This document shows, piece after piece, positions 63,995 through 64,000 of a DNA stretch of 64,000 nt; position 1 is the first letter of the stretch, and each line of letters begins with the position of its first letter. The DNA comes from an uncultured virus (IMG/VR IMGVR_UViG_3300017963_000022) (taxonomy: Duplodnaviria; Heunggongvirae; Uroviricota; Caudoviricetes). Below the pieces are notes generated by a model, which saw nothing but the letters and a program-made list of their open reading frames with translations, had not been told where the DNA came from and did no database searches. The stretch lies in IMG/VR virus record IMGVR_UViG_3300017963_000022; one strand, 5' to 3'. The position numbers and the translations under genes were made by a program.

Positions 63995-64000
63995 TTGAAG

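Noticed and set aside
1..64000. Firm host assignment (for example Chloroflexota)
   Set aside because: The GH25 lysin, lack of spanins and promoter style suggest a monoderm host, but nothing here identifies it without searches

Overview
A 64-kb section of a large, AT-rich tailed phage genome, probably a siphovirus (tape measure and tail tube present, no sheath recognised). Almost all genes are on the minus strand. From right to left: replication and recombination genes (PolA-family polymerase cut by the window edge, DNA methyltransferase, RecA, gp32-like SSB, DnaB, Holliday junction resolvase, PD-(D/E)XK and RNase H-like nucleases, dNMP kinase); a sugar-modification cluster (sulfotransferase, secreted phosphatase, glycosyltransferase, RraA-like, TylF-like methyltransferase, NeuB, NeuA, histidine phosphatase, Maf-like transferase); a compact tmRNA; an array of 26 tRNAs covering all 20 amino acids; terminase, portal and capsid; a neck region carrying a glycosyltransferase, a sulfotransferase-like protein and a 31-repeat fibre protein; tail genes with a -1 frameshift chaperone; a lysis cassette (holin-like, GH25 endolysin, caspase-family protease); many membrane microproteins; and a non-coding GASTC-rich repeat array at a strand-convergence point. 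The most unusual signals are: (1) two Y-RNA-like elements and a full tRNA(GUA) cloverleaf with a circularly permuted Y-RNA stem in its D-loop (43256-43550); (2) a phage nonulosonic-acid synthesis and transfer pathway together with virion-module glycosylation genes; (3) a caspase inside the lysis cassette; (4) a type I toxin-antitoxin-like module (1753-2042); (5) a shared TAGTAC-N4-GTACTA operator at the lysis, tRNA and tmRNA promoters. All calls come from reading motifs and base pairing by eye; no searches or folding programs were run.
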